From Octopus bimaculoides (taxonomy: Eukaryota): a stretch of DNA of 34,151 nucleotides. A model generated the notes under the pieces. The model was not told the origin of the DNA, ran no database searches, and saw only the letters and a program-made list of their open reading frames with translations. Location of the stretch: contig NC_068983.1 in assembly GCF_001194135.2 (NCBI RefSeq), forward strand, positions 128,583,776 through 128,617,926. The letters are read 5' to 3'. Position 1 is the stretch's first letter, and the number at the start of each line of letters is the position of its first letter. Position numbers and translations under genes: made by a program. Shown here piece after piece: positions 20,741-34,118 of this stretch.

Positions 20741-21830
20741 CTAGCAAAGGCACCCGTACTTTGGACGCATGAATTTGTTATAATGGCGAATTCCATTAGA
20801 CGGTTTAAGTTGAATTAGCCCGCAGCTAGAATTCGTTTCAAGTTGATAAGCGTAAAATGTATAATTACCAATTTCTTTAGCAGTTTATTATATAGTATTA
20901 AGCAACGTAGGTAATGAATAAATGTTTTTGAACACGAATTCAGCAGACAGTAAACAATGAAAATCCATGAAATGAAGTCACAATTGCAGTAGGCATTAGG
21001 GATTCTATATCTTAGCTGAAGCGTTTTGTTGCAGTAAAAAGGGTCATTGAAGGTAATGTACTGTTAACAGCAATCACAGAAATGAAGCAAACTATCAATG
21101 AAAACCTTATAGGATGTGTGATTGCTAATGACTACAGTTTGGCGTAGATGTGAAGATTGCAGTAGAGGAGTAACTAATGTACGGCTGCTTTGTAGATGGT
21201 ATCTTTGTTTTTTCATGCAGGAGCAAAAGTTGTTTGTATAGCTAACTCTGGAACAACGGACGCACAACTGTCTATGTGAAAAAGCATGACTTTGAAAGGT
21301 CCTGTCCCACAAGTTTCAGCCTTGTGCTTTGTTTATTGCCATGGCGAAGCTGAGTTTGAGCGGGAACTGAAGTCTCCGTAGACAGTAAGGGCAGTCTGTC
21401 GGGGTAAGCGAAGTTTTCAGGATAATATCAGTATCGTCTTGCCGTGTGCCGTGATTATTTAGGCTTCAATGATGTGGTCCATCATTTGTTTGAACACAAG
21501 GCGAGTTCCGTTGCATAGTGTGGGTGCATTTATTTTGCGTAGGGGGATGACAGAGCAACTGACTTTTAAGTGCAGTTCATGGGGGAGTGGAGTTCTGGAG
21601 GATGTTGGGAGTTAAGAAATTCTGTTGGAAAGTGTGTAAACTGATCGATGTCGGTAACGGTGTCAACTTATCAGTAAAAAACTTCTTGAGAAGGTAGCTT
21701 ACTAAGCAAGTCGTAGTTACGACTGGTGACAGCGGGATTTGTAGGTGCAAGAACAGCCTTGTGCAAACGTGCAAAATTCGGCAGTTTGCAGTGAATGGGC
21801 ATTGTAAAAACTGTATAAATGTTACAACTT
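20741..21830 (-). mobile_element. Second Helitron remnant (different family): PIF1 helicase C-terminus and 3' CTAG terminus
   Basis: KAVLAPTN..FPTEFLNS..LPHELHLKVSCSVIPLRKINAPTLCNGTRLVFKQMMDHIIEA..RRLQFPLKLSFAMAINKAQG..AFSHRQLCVRCSRVS; degenerate hairpin followed by CTAG at 20744-20741. Confidence 0.9.
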
Positions 21831-22486
21831 TGTATGATTAAAAGCAGTGAATATACATAGTATTGATTAATTTGTGAAGGTACTTAAAAAATAATTAAAA
21901 GTTTATTCAACTTGCATGCCAACCTCACGGAAGATTGATAAAGTTTTATGCATACGTATAAATGTTTTGAACCATTAGACATAGGGAGACACCCTACGTG
22001 AAGAAGTGAAACAGAAAATGTTGAGATGGGAGATGGATGAGTAATGACGAATCGAAGATAATCAAAAGAAAGGAACACAAAAGCGTCTGTCAGGATCATA
22101 AAACAAATTTCTGCTTAAGGATCCGAGGCAGATTCACATATACCTGCATTTATATGCGTAGGCTTATCTTTATATATATATATATGTGTATTTGTATATA
22201 TCTATGTATGTATATGTAACTTCATCTGTATACAACTGTGGATATATGTAGAAGTATTCGTGTGTATGCGTTTACGTTTTTACGTGTGCATGTCAGCGTC
22301 TGTATTCGTGAAAGTCAGTGTATTAGTTTTATTTCTAAGTATCTATGTCTATGAGTATATATGTTTGCATATATTTTGAAGTATACAATGTGAATACTTC
22401 CGTGTATGCATATTAAGATATCTACTTCCATATATATATCTGAGTATATGTGTGTATGTATATTTCTACATATACTTCTGTATGTG

Positions 22487-22518
<32 letters not shown>

Positions 22519-23248
22519 TTATTAGGGACAAAATCCAAAATTACAGGTAAAAAACTCAATTAAAATCAATTTATAAAAAATTAAAATTAAATTGAGCCTT
22601 ATAGATAAAGTATATATAAAATATATATAGTTTTAGGGAAAATAACCAATTTTCAAGAACTCATCGATAATTTCAATTGATTTTAATCGATTTAAATTTC
22701 TTTTCTATTTGAAAAGTGGTTATGAAACACGTGTAATCTTTTTATTATATTTATCTTATGATATTTACTTTACTTTATATTATACTCATTTATTGTGCTT
22801 TTAATTATTAATTTTTCTATATGTGATAGTGGATTTTNNNNNNNNNNNNNNNNNNNNNNNNNNNNNNNNNNNNNNNNNNNNNNNNNNNNNNNNNNNNNNN
22901 NNNNNNNNNNNNNNNNNNNNNNNNNNNNNNNNNNNNNNNNNNNNNNNNNNNNNNNNNNNNNNNNNNNNNNNNNNNNNNNNNNNNNNNNNNNNNNNNNNNN
23001 NNNNNNNNNNNNNNNNNNNNNNNNNNNNNNNNNNNNNNNNNNNNNNNNNNNNNNNNNNNNNNNNNNNNNNNNNNNNNNNNNNNNNNNNNNNNNNNNNNNN
23101 NNNNNNNNNNNNNNNNNNNNNNNNNNNNNNNNNNNNNNNNNNNNNNNNNNNNNNNNNNNNNNNNNNNNNNNNNNNNNNNNNNNNNNNNNNNNNNNNNNNN
23201 NNNNNNNNNNNNNNNNNNNNNNNNNNNNNNNNNNNNNNNNNNNNNNNN

Positions 23249-23347
23249 GCTGAACCTCTAAGTTACTGGGACGTAAATACAAGAGCATCGGTTGTAAAAC
23301 GACATTGGAAAGAAAAACACAAACGCACGCGTGCACACACACATATA

Positions 23348-23390
<43 letters not shown>

Positions 23391-23545
23391 GAGACGACCT
23401 TCTTTCAGTTTCCGTCTACCAAATCCACTCACAAGGATTTGGTCAGCCCACGGCTATAGTAGAACACGCTTGCTCTAGGTGCCACGCAGTTGGACTGAAC
23501 CCTGATCATGTGATCGGAAGGAAACGTCTTACCAGACAGCCAGAA
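23249..23545 (-). mobile_element. Composite tRNA/CORE-like SINE (same family as 11490-11950)
   Basis: CTTCTTTCAGTTTCCGTCTACCAAATCCACTCACAAGG..CTTGCTCTAGGTGCCACGCAG..GACTGAACCC, plus tail AAGTTACTGGGACGTAAA. Confidence 0.85.
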
Positions 23546-24650
23546 AGAAACATATATAGAAGTATGCACACATGCACGCACATATAGTGTATGCATATCT
23601 GTATGCAGGTAGTTACGCATGTTCTTACATATGTAAATGTATGTATGTTGTACATGTAGTCATGTATTCAGCAAGCAATGCTGTTTTATTTAGAGAACAG
23701 CTAATATCATGTTTACTGGATGACCCTGTTGGGACGAAGTTCTTTGGAATATTTCTGTCTCGTATATACATACAACAAAAGCAAGACGTTAATAAACAAC
23801 ACATATATCGTATACAAATTTATAGCAACAATCAGTGAATGCAGTGCATATACAAAGGACATCACAGTGTTAAAGTAAATTCAAAATAACGAAGAAACAT
23901 GTCACAAATTAATACGAACACCCAAGAGCTGGCTGATGTATAAATCTGATAGGCCATGGGAGAAACCATTAAACGAATGGGATTGACTTTGCCTAAAACA
24001 AAGTAGCACTTAAGAACTCCAAAATATGTCTTCATCGAGAAGAATAGAGATCAAAGTAAAGAAATTTTGAGCAAATTTAGGAAAAATGTACTTAACCGAA
24101 ATAGCTACAAGCAACTCATGCATTATCACGAAAACAACGNNNNNNNNNNNNNNNNNNNNNNNNNNNNNNNNNNNNNNNNNNNNNNNNNNNNNNNNNNNNN
24201 NNNNNNNNNNNNNNNNNNNNNNNNNNNNNNNNNNNNNNNNNNNNNNNNNNNNNNNNNNNNNNNNNNNNNNNNNNNNNNNNNNNNNNNNNNNNNNNNNNNN
24301 NNNNNNNNNNNNNNNNNNNNNNNNNNNNNNNNNNNNNNNNNNNNNNNNNNNNNNNNNNNNNNNNNNNNNNNNNNNNNNNNNNNNNNNNNNNNNNNNNNNN
24401 NNNNNNNNNNNNNNNNNNNNNNNNNNNNNNNNNNNNNNNNNNNNNNNNNNNNNNNNNNNNNNNNNNNNNNNNNNNNNNNNNNNNNNNNNNNNNNNNNNNN
24501 NNNNNNNNNNNNNNNNNNNNNNATATGTCGGATTTACTTGACGTCGTTTTCTCTAACGCATATCTAGGTTATTAACTTTATGCGTGTGGTTAATGTTGTC
24601 TTTGGTAAGATTATTATGATTCGTACTATTAATCATTGAGTCATTAGTTA

Positions 24651-24678
24651 CTACTACTACTACTACTACTACTACTAT

Positions 24679-24735
<57 letters not shown>

Positions 24736-24803
24736 CGCTGCTGCTGCTGCTGCTGCCGCTGCTGCCGCTGCTGCTACTACTACTACAACTGCTACTACTA
24801 CTG
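24651..24803. repeat. Compound (TAC)n-(TGC/CGC)n-(TAC)n microsatellite
   Basis: Read directly. Confidence 0.96.
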
Positions 24804-25309
24804 GAATATCGGCTTTCCCACGGTATCCGGCCTTAGGGCTGTGTTATAATAGGGTGCGTGTTTGTTGAATATATTCTTGTTGGCGGATAATTTAGATATC
24901 TTCATATATATCGATCCTACCTAGATGCAATACTGTGCTGCTAGTTGTGGTGCATCTTTCGGTACAGCAACGTTACACACATGAGAAGACAGCTCTTCAC
25001 CAAGGAATGCTTCATAACTAGTTGGACTGTATCCCACCCGCGAGGGATCAACATAGGATGGATCGAAACGATCGTTGTTAACAATAAATCATTTCGTATA
25101 TTTATTTTTCCGTCTGTATCACAATAGTTGTGTATCATGTGTATCTAGTATTTAGAACGTTGTTTGATATATGTTCTTATAGTCATACTGTATTTGGTAC
25201 TGTGTAATACACGACTTATTGCTGTCTTTACGAAATCACCATCGTGAGTGAGTTTATTCCAATGCTGTTAAGCTGCTACATTTTATTACATGTTAAACGC
25301 AGTCAACTG

Positions 25310-25465
25310 GCAAAATCGTTAACATGTCTGAGACATTTCGTTCGTTTTACTTATTGCTTTCAAAATCTGATGAAATCGATTTTGCTTTTCAGCCTTTCGA
25401 GGTCGATAAAATAAGTACTAATTGAGCACTGAGCTTGATGTAATAGACTACCCACTCCTTCAAAT
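25310..25465 (+). mobile_element. Decayed tRNA-derived SINE
   Basis: CTGGCAAAATCGTTAAC...GATTTTGCTTTTCAGCCTTTCGAGGTCGATAAAATAAGTAC matches 15252-15395. Confidence 0.7.
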
Positions 25466-25864
25466 CATCTATGTTATTTTGAAATATGAAAGGATTATCA
25501 TATCAGTCTATGAAATAATGTTTTCTATGTTTTACATTTAAACAAATATCAATTGCATTTGTATGTTTCTTGGAAATTTTGTTTTAAGCAAGTTCATATT
25601 CAAAGAATTTTGCTAGTCACAGCAAAACGAAAACTAAACACATGTCTGCAATGGAAAATCGCATAGTTGAATGAACGGATTTAGACAGCTTAAAACTGAA
25701 GATAAGAGTAAAACTTAAATCCTTCGACAAAACCGAACATTATATTAATTAGTCTTTTGATTGGTTAAAGTTTCTTCGACACATTCCAACTTCCAAATAC
25801 AAATGAAATCTTAGAAGTTCCAATAGATAAAGTATTTTGCATCTCGTAGTAAATTTTATTATTT

Positions 25865-26445
25865 TAACGCTGGTCGGCTGAAAAAGTTCATAAGCTGTCT
25901 ACAAAGGAGTGACGCTAGTGCTGTGAAGGCCAAGGTTGTTTCATCTGCATGGAAGGTGATGGTCTCAGGTATTGGGATGCACAAGGCATTGTGTTTATTG
26001 ACTATCTTTAAAAGGACCGCCTATTCAATTGTGAAGAATATACCAAATTTCTTAGGCAGTTGAAAGTCTATGAAGACGAAACAACCTGGAAAACTGATGA
26101 AAGGGATTTTGTTTCATTAGGACAAGGCACCAGCACACAAGTCCTTAGTTTCAATAGTTACTGTACGTGACTGTTTCTTTTAACTATTATTATTCTCGTG
26201 ATTTGGCCCCATCTCACTATCATCTGTTCCCCAACATAAAGAAACACTTGTTTGAAAACTATTATAGCTGTGATGATAACTTCATATCTGCTGTTGATGA
26301 CTTTTTGACCAACAGAAGTGAAACGTCTTTACCGATGGGATCAGAGCCCTGCAACAACGATGGAAGAGGTGTATGGAGTGCAGTTGGAAATATGTTGAAA
26401 AATAAACCTCATTTGCTCACATTCTATGAACAGCACATCCTCGTA
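25865..26445 (+). mobile_element. Internally deleted mariner (DD34D-type) with both degenerate TIRs
   Basis: KAKVVSSAWKVMV..WDAQGIVFIDYL..KGILFH*DKAPAHKS..YSRDLAPSHYHLFPNIKKHL..GIRALQQRWKRC; left TIR GGTCGGCTGAAAAAGTTCATA and right CTATGAAC..AGC.AC.TCCTCGTA. Confidence 0.88.
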
Positions 26446-28149
26446 TATGAAGTTTAGGAATACATTTCGAAATAATGCAGTTCTTAAATGAAAAATAATG
26501 AAAGCATAAATCGTGACAATATATAATGGTGCAGAAAATATATCATATAAACGTAAACATTATACATAAAGATGCATGTATGAGTGTTAGAGAGGGTATG
26601 TTTGTATATATATATATATATATATATATATTTAAGTATATAATTATAAATGTAACGTATAATTATATAATTAAGGGCGCTAGAGGGACAACGGCAATAC
26701 GCTAGAAGTAGATGTGAAATGTCTACAAGCCACACCAACTTTGTTCTCGTTTTTCTTGAATAGTCTGAATGCGAGGAAATGTACAACAAGATTTATAACA
26801 TTTCGGACAGCTCCAATATATATAAGATTTCGTGCTTTCTAATCATATTTGCTCCGGTACTATTATGACTATAGCCACATATTTGAGATGGATGATTATG
26901 TATAATGCATACATGAGAAATGTATTTCTATATTGGTAGCTGTGCACAAGTATTTATGGGTATGTATTTATTTATTCACTTATATATTGTAGGTGTACTT
27001 CTACTAAAGAGTGTAAAGTAATTTTTGTTACAAAACACTAAATCTCTAAGATACAGAGTTTTCCAAATTTTATAAATCTTCTTGGTACAGAAATGTCCTT
27101 CTATATTTCTCACAGTTCGACTGTCAGAGTCGATGGAACAAGAATCATCATGACGTAGTGTGTTCCGGATTTTGCCTCAGTTTGCCTTTCCCTCACTTTC
27201 CCCTTTTTTCCGCATTTTAAGTTATACTGAACAGAATACCATTACGTGAGTCTTATTTCCATAAGGACATCCACTGCACTTTTCACATAACAAATCGCAC
27301 TAATTATGTTTCCGTACAATCAATGAAATGTGTTTTTGTTGTTGGGGAACCGTTAGGGCATGTTTATCTACCCCTCCCCGGAATTTATATCAGGCTTATC
27401 AAAGCTGTACTCACTGTTTACTTATATTATGCTACAGCGAGGAAAAAGGAGCTAGTAGTTCAATATTCCCACCCATACTTACTCAATTGCAACGTGAGTT
27501 GAAATTAGTAGGGATTACAGGTAACATGAACAGGAAAACAGCATAATAATGAATAGAACGAGCAGGAAATATAGAAATATTACTAGTACTGAAATACCAT
27601 AACATGGTCCACAAAGATTCACAGAAGGCAGAGAACACACGCTTTAATTACAATCCAATCATAAAAACACTATTGATATAGTTTGTAGCCTTTAGATTCA
27701 TCATCATATTCTAAAACACAACTTACACAAAAGATATTCGACCATCAAAAAAAAAAAAACGTATCTGGTAATTCATTTGCACTAAACAATAGTCTAATCA
27801 CTAAAATCACACCAAAAAATTGCAAACAAAACCAGTCAACAAAGAAATAGTGACCTATTATACTAACACCATTCCACGTTCTCAAACTACAATGCTGCCC
27901 ACATCTAAAATAAAAAATAAAGAAATAAAGAAAAAACCGAAGGTTCACGTGGTGCTATGGCGATGGAAACTTGCAAAATCACTTGAAGACATGATGACAA
28001 TTATTATAATTATCAAGAAAAAAGACAAAAATTGAGATCACCAACATGAACATCTCACCAGCCATTACCAACTGCTTTTCAAACAATCTACAACTAATAA
28101 CATCAGCTTCACCGCATATGCATCTTCCTACGTCACAAGTTTCCCTTCC

Positions 28150-28352
28150 TCCACATATATCATCATCATCGTTGGCGTCGTTGTCTTCATCGTTACCCTC
28201 CTCCTCCGCCTCCGCTTCTTCTTCTCCCCTCCACTCCCTCCCTCGTCCACCCCTCTTCAGCTCCTCTTCGCTTCCTTCCCTCCTCATCCCCCACTTCACT
28301 CTCTGCCTCCTCCTCCTCCCCTACTCTACATCATCATCATCATCATCATCAT
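28150..28352. repeat. C/T-rich low-complexity tract with (CAT)n ends
   Basis: Read directly; open reading on both strands is compositional. Confidence 0.8.
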
Positions 28353-31134
28353 AACCAACAGCATATACACAATCATTTACTGTAGAGGCAAAATCATGGC
28401 TTCCGACATATTTCTTTTGATGCATTTAAGTATCTACTTCATAATTAACATTTTATCAAATTAAATATTGAATTGATACGAATAAATTTCGAAAACATGC
28501 ATATACCTATACATATATATACACATGCGCACGCATATATAAACACATTGTATGTGTATATACACGACAGTATGGAAAAAATCTGAAATATATATATATA
28601 TANNNNNNNNNNNNNNNNNNNNNNNNNNNNNNNNNNNNNNNNNNNNNNNNNNNNNNNNNNNNNNNNNNNNNNNNNNNNNNNNNNNNNNNNNNNNNNNNNN
28701 NNNNNNNNNNNNNNNNNNNNNNNNNTATACATACATACATACATACATACATACAAACATACACACGTAAGCAAACATATATGCACGTACATAATGTATG
28801 TATTTATATATTCAAGTATATATTATATGTGCGTACCAAAATATGTACATATGTATGTATAATTATGCATACAGATACATATATGTGTTTCTCTTCGTTT
28901 TTCTGGAACTTTTTCTCTTAACTTTATTTTCAACCTTTTTCTCTATAAGGAAATTAAAAGTAACTTTCTTCCAAAACAGTTTCCAGCATCCTGTTTTTCT
29001 TTCTGTATTTTAGTTTAAAATGGGTAAAAACAACGCAATCATAGCGCGAACACAAAGAGACAAAAACAACAAAAAAAATTAGAATATAAACGAAATAATG
29101 TAAATGAGAGTTAGAAAGAACCCCTGCAGACATATTTCAAGGAAACAATCTGCTATCTTATACTATGCTATTTAGAATTCTTTGATAAAACAATGCAGAA
29201 TGAAAGACTACAACAGTACATAACGTTACACTACAGGAGACCACTAAAATATAGAGTCATTGCTAACATATACTAATTACACTAGTTCGTTCAACTAAAA
29301 TTTAATCAAATGCGAGCGAGCTGTCACTAGATTCAAACACTTAAGGCAGAAAATTGATAATTTCATTAGTAGCGTTCAGAATATTGATTAAATCAGCCAC
29401 CATTTTGCTTACAAATGTCTTCTGGCCAGAAGATTGTTCTTCATTCAATGAACATAAGAGGCGTCATTTATTTAAATGTCTCTCTCTCTCTCTCACACTT
29501 TCTCTCTCATCTTTCTCTCCCTTCATATTCTCATACATTCTTACTCCGATACTATTCCACTGTGTCGTTCCGTTTCATTCGCTGTGCGTATATATATANN
29601 NNNNNNNNNNNNNNNNNNNNNNNNNNNNNNNNNNNNNNNNNNNNNNNNNNNNNNNNNNNNNNNNNNNNNNNNNNNNNNNNNNNNNNNNNNNNNNNNNNNN
29701 NNNNNNNNNNNNNNCATACATATATATGCATGTATGTATGTATGTATTTATATATATATATATGTGTGTTTGTGTGTATGTATATATAAATACATACGTG
29801 TGTCCGGGTGCTATTTCTTTTCATTCTTGGAATCACCAACCTCGCACGTACTTCTTTGCCCCTCCTGTACGAGCTTCACAGCGTTCAAGACATACACACT
29901 TCACGTCTGACTGTACAGCCTTTTTGCTTGCTTATTACACCGTTTCGTTTTCCTGTCGTGTTTTCCGTCCGCCACTACCCTCCACGAAAACAATTTAATT
30001 TGTGTTCGTGGGAAGAACCATTTTAACGATGCGTACTGCCTTAATTCTTCCAAACGCCGGAGTTTTAATGAAGGGGATGTGTCTATGTGGCCTGCTTGTT
30101 TGTCGCACCTTGTTTACCATTTTGTCCTTGTTCTTTTGCCACGTCATGTACTCAGTTATGTATCTATATGTACATGTAGATGAACGTATATACATACATG
30201 TACATATATATGCATATACTCATATATTGTTTGTAAATACATACTTATATATGTATGTAAGTATGTATGTTTAATATATACGTACACACGCATATAATTA
30301 TGTGTATATGCGTATTCTATGTTCTCATTAGATTTACTCGTAGATACGTATTTATATATTACACGTATGTTTACGTAATATATCTACATTCTCCAAACGT
30401 ACTTGTATATAACAATACACGCACACATATATGCACTATCACAAACACATGCGCAGACGCATACACGTGCACTCACACACACGCGTGCACCTACGCATTT
30501 ATATACATAAAAATGAAATTATTTATTTACCATGTGGTGTATACTCGAAAAAAGATACAATTATAATTGTTAAAGTACAATTTTTAAGCCTGTGCAGTTA
30601 GATTCTGAAAGATGGGAATACATCTTGTTCTGCTTTGTGACATAGAAAACTAGATTTACAACAAACAAGGACAACATGAAAAAAAGAAAAGAAAATGCGT
30701 ACATATACAACGCTAAAGTGCTACCGCGTAAAGCTGTGGATAATGTAATATAACTGTATTTTAACAAATTTATCTCAGATGTTAATCATCTGTTGTACCA
30801 ACATACATATATAAATCATACACGTAAACACATATATCTGCTTATAAATGTCATCGCATGCAATTACCTACTTGCATACTTAGTATATGTGTGTTTGTAT
30901 GTGTATCTATTCGTGGGTTCATGCAGGTACGTGTATGTGCGTGTGTATACATATGTACACACACACACAAGCACACACACAAACACACACACACAAACAC
31001 ACACACACATATAATAGAAACAGTTTGTAATTTTCATCAAAGAGGAGAATTACAAATGTCACTAAATATAACTGGGGTATTTGGAAACACCTACATGGCT
31101 AGCTCTTATTTCTAGTAATATAGCTGTTTCCTAA

Positions 31135-31440
31135 CACCCTCGTCACACTATGGTCCACGTCGGACCACGTGATTGCGCTTAGAACGTTACTCTCCGAGGA
31201 ACAATTCCGGGTAAGGTTGTTTATGGAAGACCAGCATCCGCCAATGCACAGCAGCATCCCCTCTCCACGCCACCGATGTCATCAATGGGAAATGTAAGGG
31301 ATGACACGGCTTGGCACCAGTGACGTGGTAACTCCGTTCTGCAGCTCAGTGATCTGGAGCAATTTGAAATAAAACGGTTTACTCAAGAACACAACACACA
31401 TCCCGGTCCGTGAATCGAACTCACTACTGAACCCGTTACC
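31135..31440 (-). mobile_element. CORE-like SINE with a long 3' body
   Basis: AAATAAAACGGTTTACTCAAGAACACAACACACATCCCGGTCCGTGAATCGAACTCAC resembles the antisense CORE/tRNA junction of MIR-type SINEs (recalled). GAATCGAAC is a reverse B-box. Confidence 0.7.
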
Positions 31441-32754
31441 CTTCAGAAAGAATATCATATACATCATGGCAATGAACGACGGTCCCATCGCCTATATATA
31501 CGACAATGGTTATATGCTCTTACACGTATTTTCTGCAAAACTAAATAAAAAATGTTAAATAAAAGTGCAGTGGCAATATACAGAACGTAATATTATCTCA
31601 ATGACATATTTTAATGAATCTCGGCAATGTAGAGTGTCCGCCACTTCGGGATTATTTTTTATTTAATTATTAGAATTTCGTTATGGTGAATAAACATTAT
31701 CTTGATGAAAAGAAATAAAACCAATAACAAAACAAAACAAAAAAAAAATATGATAGCATATTATTAACTTTTGTAAAACTGGGAAAGTGTTTCAAGCGCT
31801 AAAAGTATTAATATTTTCGAAGATGAGCATCAGACCATTCATTTTGGAGAAGGAAAGCCTTGACTTATGTCGAGCGCTGTAGTTATATTTTCATTTATCT
31901 AGCACGGAAGTTTGAGTTTATCTCTCTGTAATTTTGTCACTGAAATTAAAATATCGCATATCATCTTGTTGTACGCTGGAAGAGTTCTATCAGCCCACCG
32001 CCATGAGGAAGTCTATCATAGAAATCCCAGAAATGCTAGGGATATTGCTGAAGAAAACATTTTGTACATATAAGTTCCCATATGAAATCATCAGCGATTG
32101 CATATTCCTCTTTCCAAATAGATTTTCGTCTCAATGATCGAAAATGAGGATATCTACAGACTAGTTCTATATCATGCTCTGTACACTGCACTACAAATAA
32201 TATTTAATGATCATTACTATATTGGAATTACAGTTCTAAGTAATTTTAGTTTTGTAGCGTATGGATAATCTAGGATTAACATATATATCATAATCATAAT
32301 ATATTTCTATACTGATAATCTGTTTACATTGGTATTTGAGTGAATGGGTTTCACTTTAGGTGAATTAGCGAGCTGCTAGAAAATTCAATTAAATTTTCTT
32401 CGCATTTAACATACCTTGAAGTGCTGGGTAATCAAAATCTTCATGAGCATTATTATACAAAAAGATAACGAGATAGGATGGTAGCGGGAAGACTGACTAT
32501 TCTTTAGTATTTAATGTTTTATATATCATTCTGCGACATAATCGTCTCTTGTTGTGTAGCCTTCCAAACGGTATATAATTGGCTCACTGAAATCACACGG
32601 CCAGAATTACGAACATGGAAAAAGTACCTCGAGAGCGATTTTAGTGCGTAAAGAAAACAAATTAACCTTCTTAACCACATATCCGAGACTGATATAATTT
32701 CATTTAGACAGTGTTTGGTCGAGCAATAATAACATGAACGCTAATATTCTCCAG

Positions 32755-32910
32755 TCCGAAGACATTCTAAGCTCAAAATCCCACCGAGGTCAACTTCGCT
32801 TTTCATTCTTTCCGGGTCAATAAAACAAATACCGGATAAAGAATGGTATCGATATAAACGACTCAGCCCGTCCCCTGACCTTACTGGCCTGATGTCAAAA
32901 TTAGAAATCA
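32755..32910 (+). mobile_element. Decayed tRNA-derived SINE
   Basis: CTAAGCTCAAAATCCCACCGAGGTCAACTTCGCTTTTCATTCTTTCCGGGTCAATAAAA, same family as 15252-15395. Confidence 0.7.
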
Positions 32911-34118
32911 ACACGTTCCAATGTAGATGTTTTGATTTCTACCCACTGCAATTGTTACCTGAATTAAAATATAATATAAATCGATGTTGTTTTTCTTTAG
33001 GTTTGACACAAATATTTGCCTCAGTTCTCACATGTCATCAAGGTACATTATATATAAAAGGGGTTCGCAATTATAAATTTCGTCCTCTTATATAGAATAG
33101 GTTATGACATGAATAGAAAAAAATGGTTGTTATTTCTTGTACTTTCAGCGTCCACAAAGTGGCAACATATCGAAAGTCATTTGCAATTATCATACCCCAC
33201 CACTTAGGAAAATATCGATCTAAAAAAAAAAATTTAAATCAANNNNNNNNNNNNNNNNNNNNNNNNNNNNNNNNNNNNNNNNNNNNNNNNNNNNNNNNNN
33301 NNNNNNNNNNNNNNNNNNNNNNNNNNNNNNNNNNNNNNNNNNNNNNNNNNNNNNNNNNNNNNNNNNNNNNNNNNNNNNNNNNNNNNNNNNNNNNNNNNNN
33401 NNNNNNNNNNNNNNNNNNNNNNNNNNNNNNNNNNNNNNNNNNNNNNNNNNNNNNNNNNNNNNNNNNNNNNNNNNNNNNNNNNNNNNNNNNNNNNNNNNNN
33501 NNNNNNNNNNNNNNNNNNNNNNNNNNNNNNNNNNNNNNNNNNNNNNNNNNNNNNNNNNNNNNNNNNNNNNNNNNNNNNNNNNNNNNNNNNNNNNNNNNNN
33601 NNNNNNNNNNNNNNNNNNNNNNNNNNNNNNNNNNNNNNNNNNNNNNNNNNNNNNNNNNNNNNNNNNNNNNNNNNNNNNNNNNNNNNNNNNNNNNNNNNNN
33701 NNNNNNNNNNNNNNNTGTATACAAGGAGAGACAGAGGGAGAGGGAGAGAGATGGACATTAATTCAGACGTAGATATACAAACATTGGTGTATATATACAC
33801 TTAAAAGCACTGACACAGATATGTACTTATATTCATGTATATGTGTACGTAGGCATGTATGTATATATGTATACATATATTTGTGTGTGTGCGTGTGTGT
33901 GTGAGTGTATGCGTGTTTATGTATGTAGCAGGGACACGCATTTATACGAGTTTTTGTATGTGCGTACTTAATATTGAAAGTAAACAGCCTAAAAAATTAC
34001 CTAAGCATATAGAGAGTAAGCAATATTAGAAATGTGTTTAAATATTCAAATGAATCATTCTTACACACAGATGCTTACACATATATATAAACACATACCT
34101 AGTTATGTGTCTATGTAT

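Noticed and set aside
22515-22837. Very AT-rich block reminiscent of a Penelope flank
   Set aside because: No translatable motif or internal partner to support the call, and it is truncated by a gap.
26167-26457. SETMAR-like domesticated gene (96-aa ORF)
   Set aside because: Frameshifted mariner remnant between TIRs, with no SET domain.
27979-28354. Ser/Pro-rich 102-aa and Glu/Asp-rich 106-aa antiparallel ORFs
   Set aside because: Low-complexity C/T-rich tract that is stop-poor by composition.
13742-33800. Long ORFs containing X runs (for example 412 aa at 16335 and 366 aa at 19077)
   Set aside because: Their length comes from N gaps. Only the Helitron and LINE parts are meaningful.
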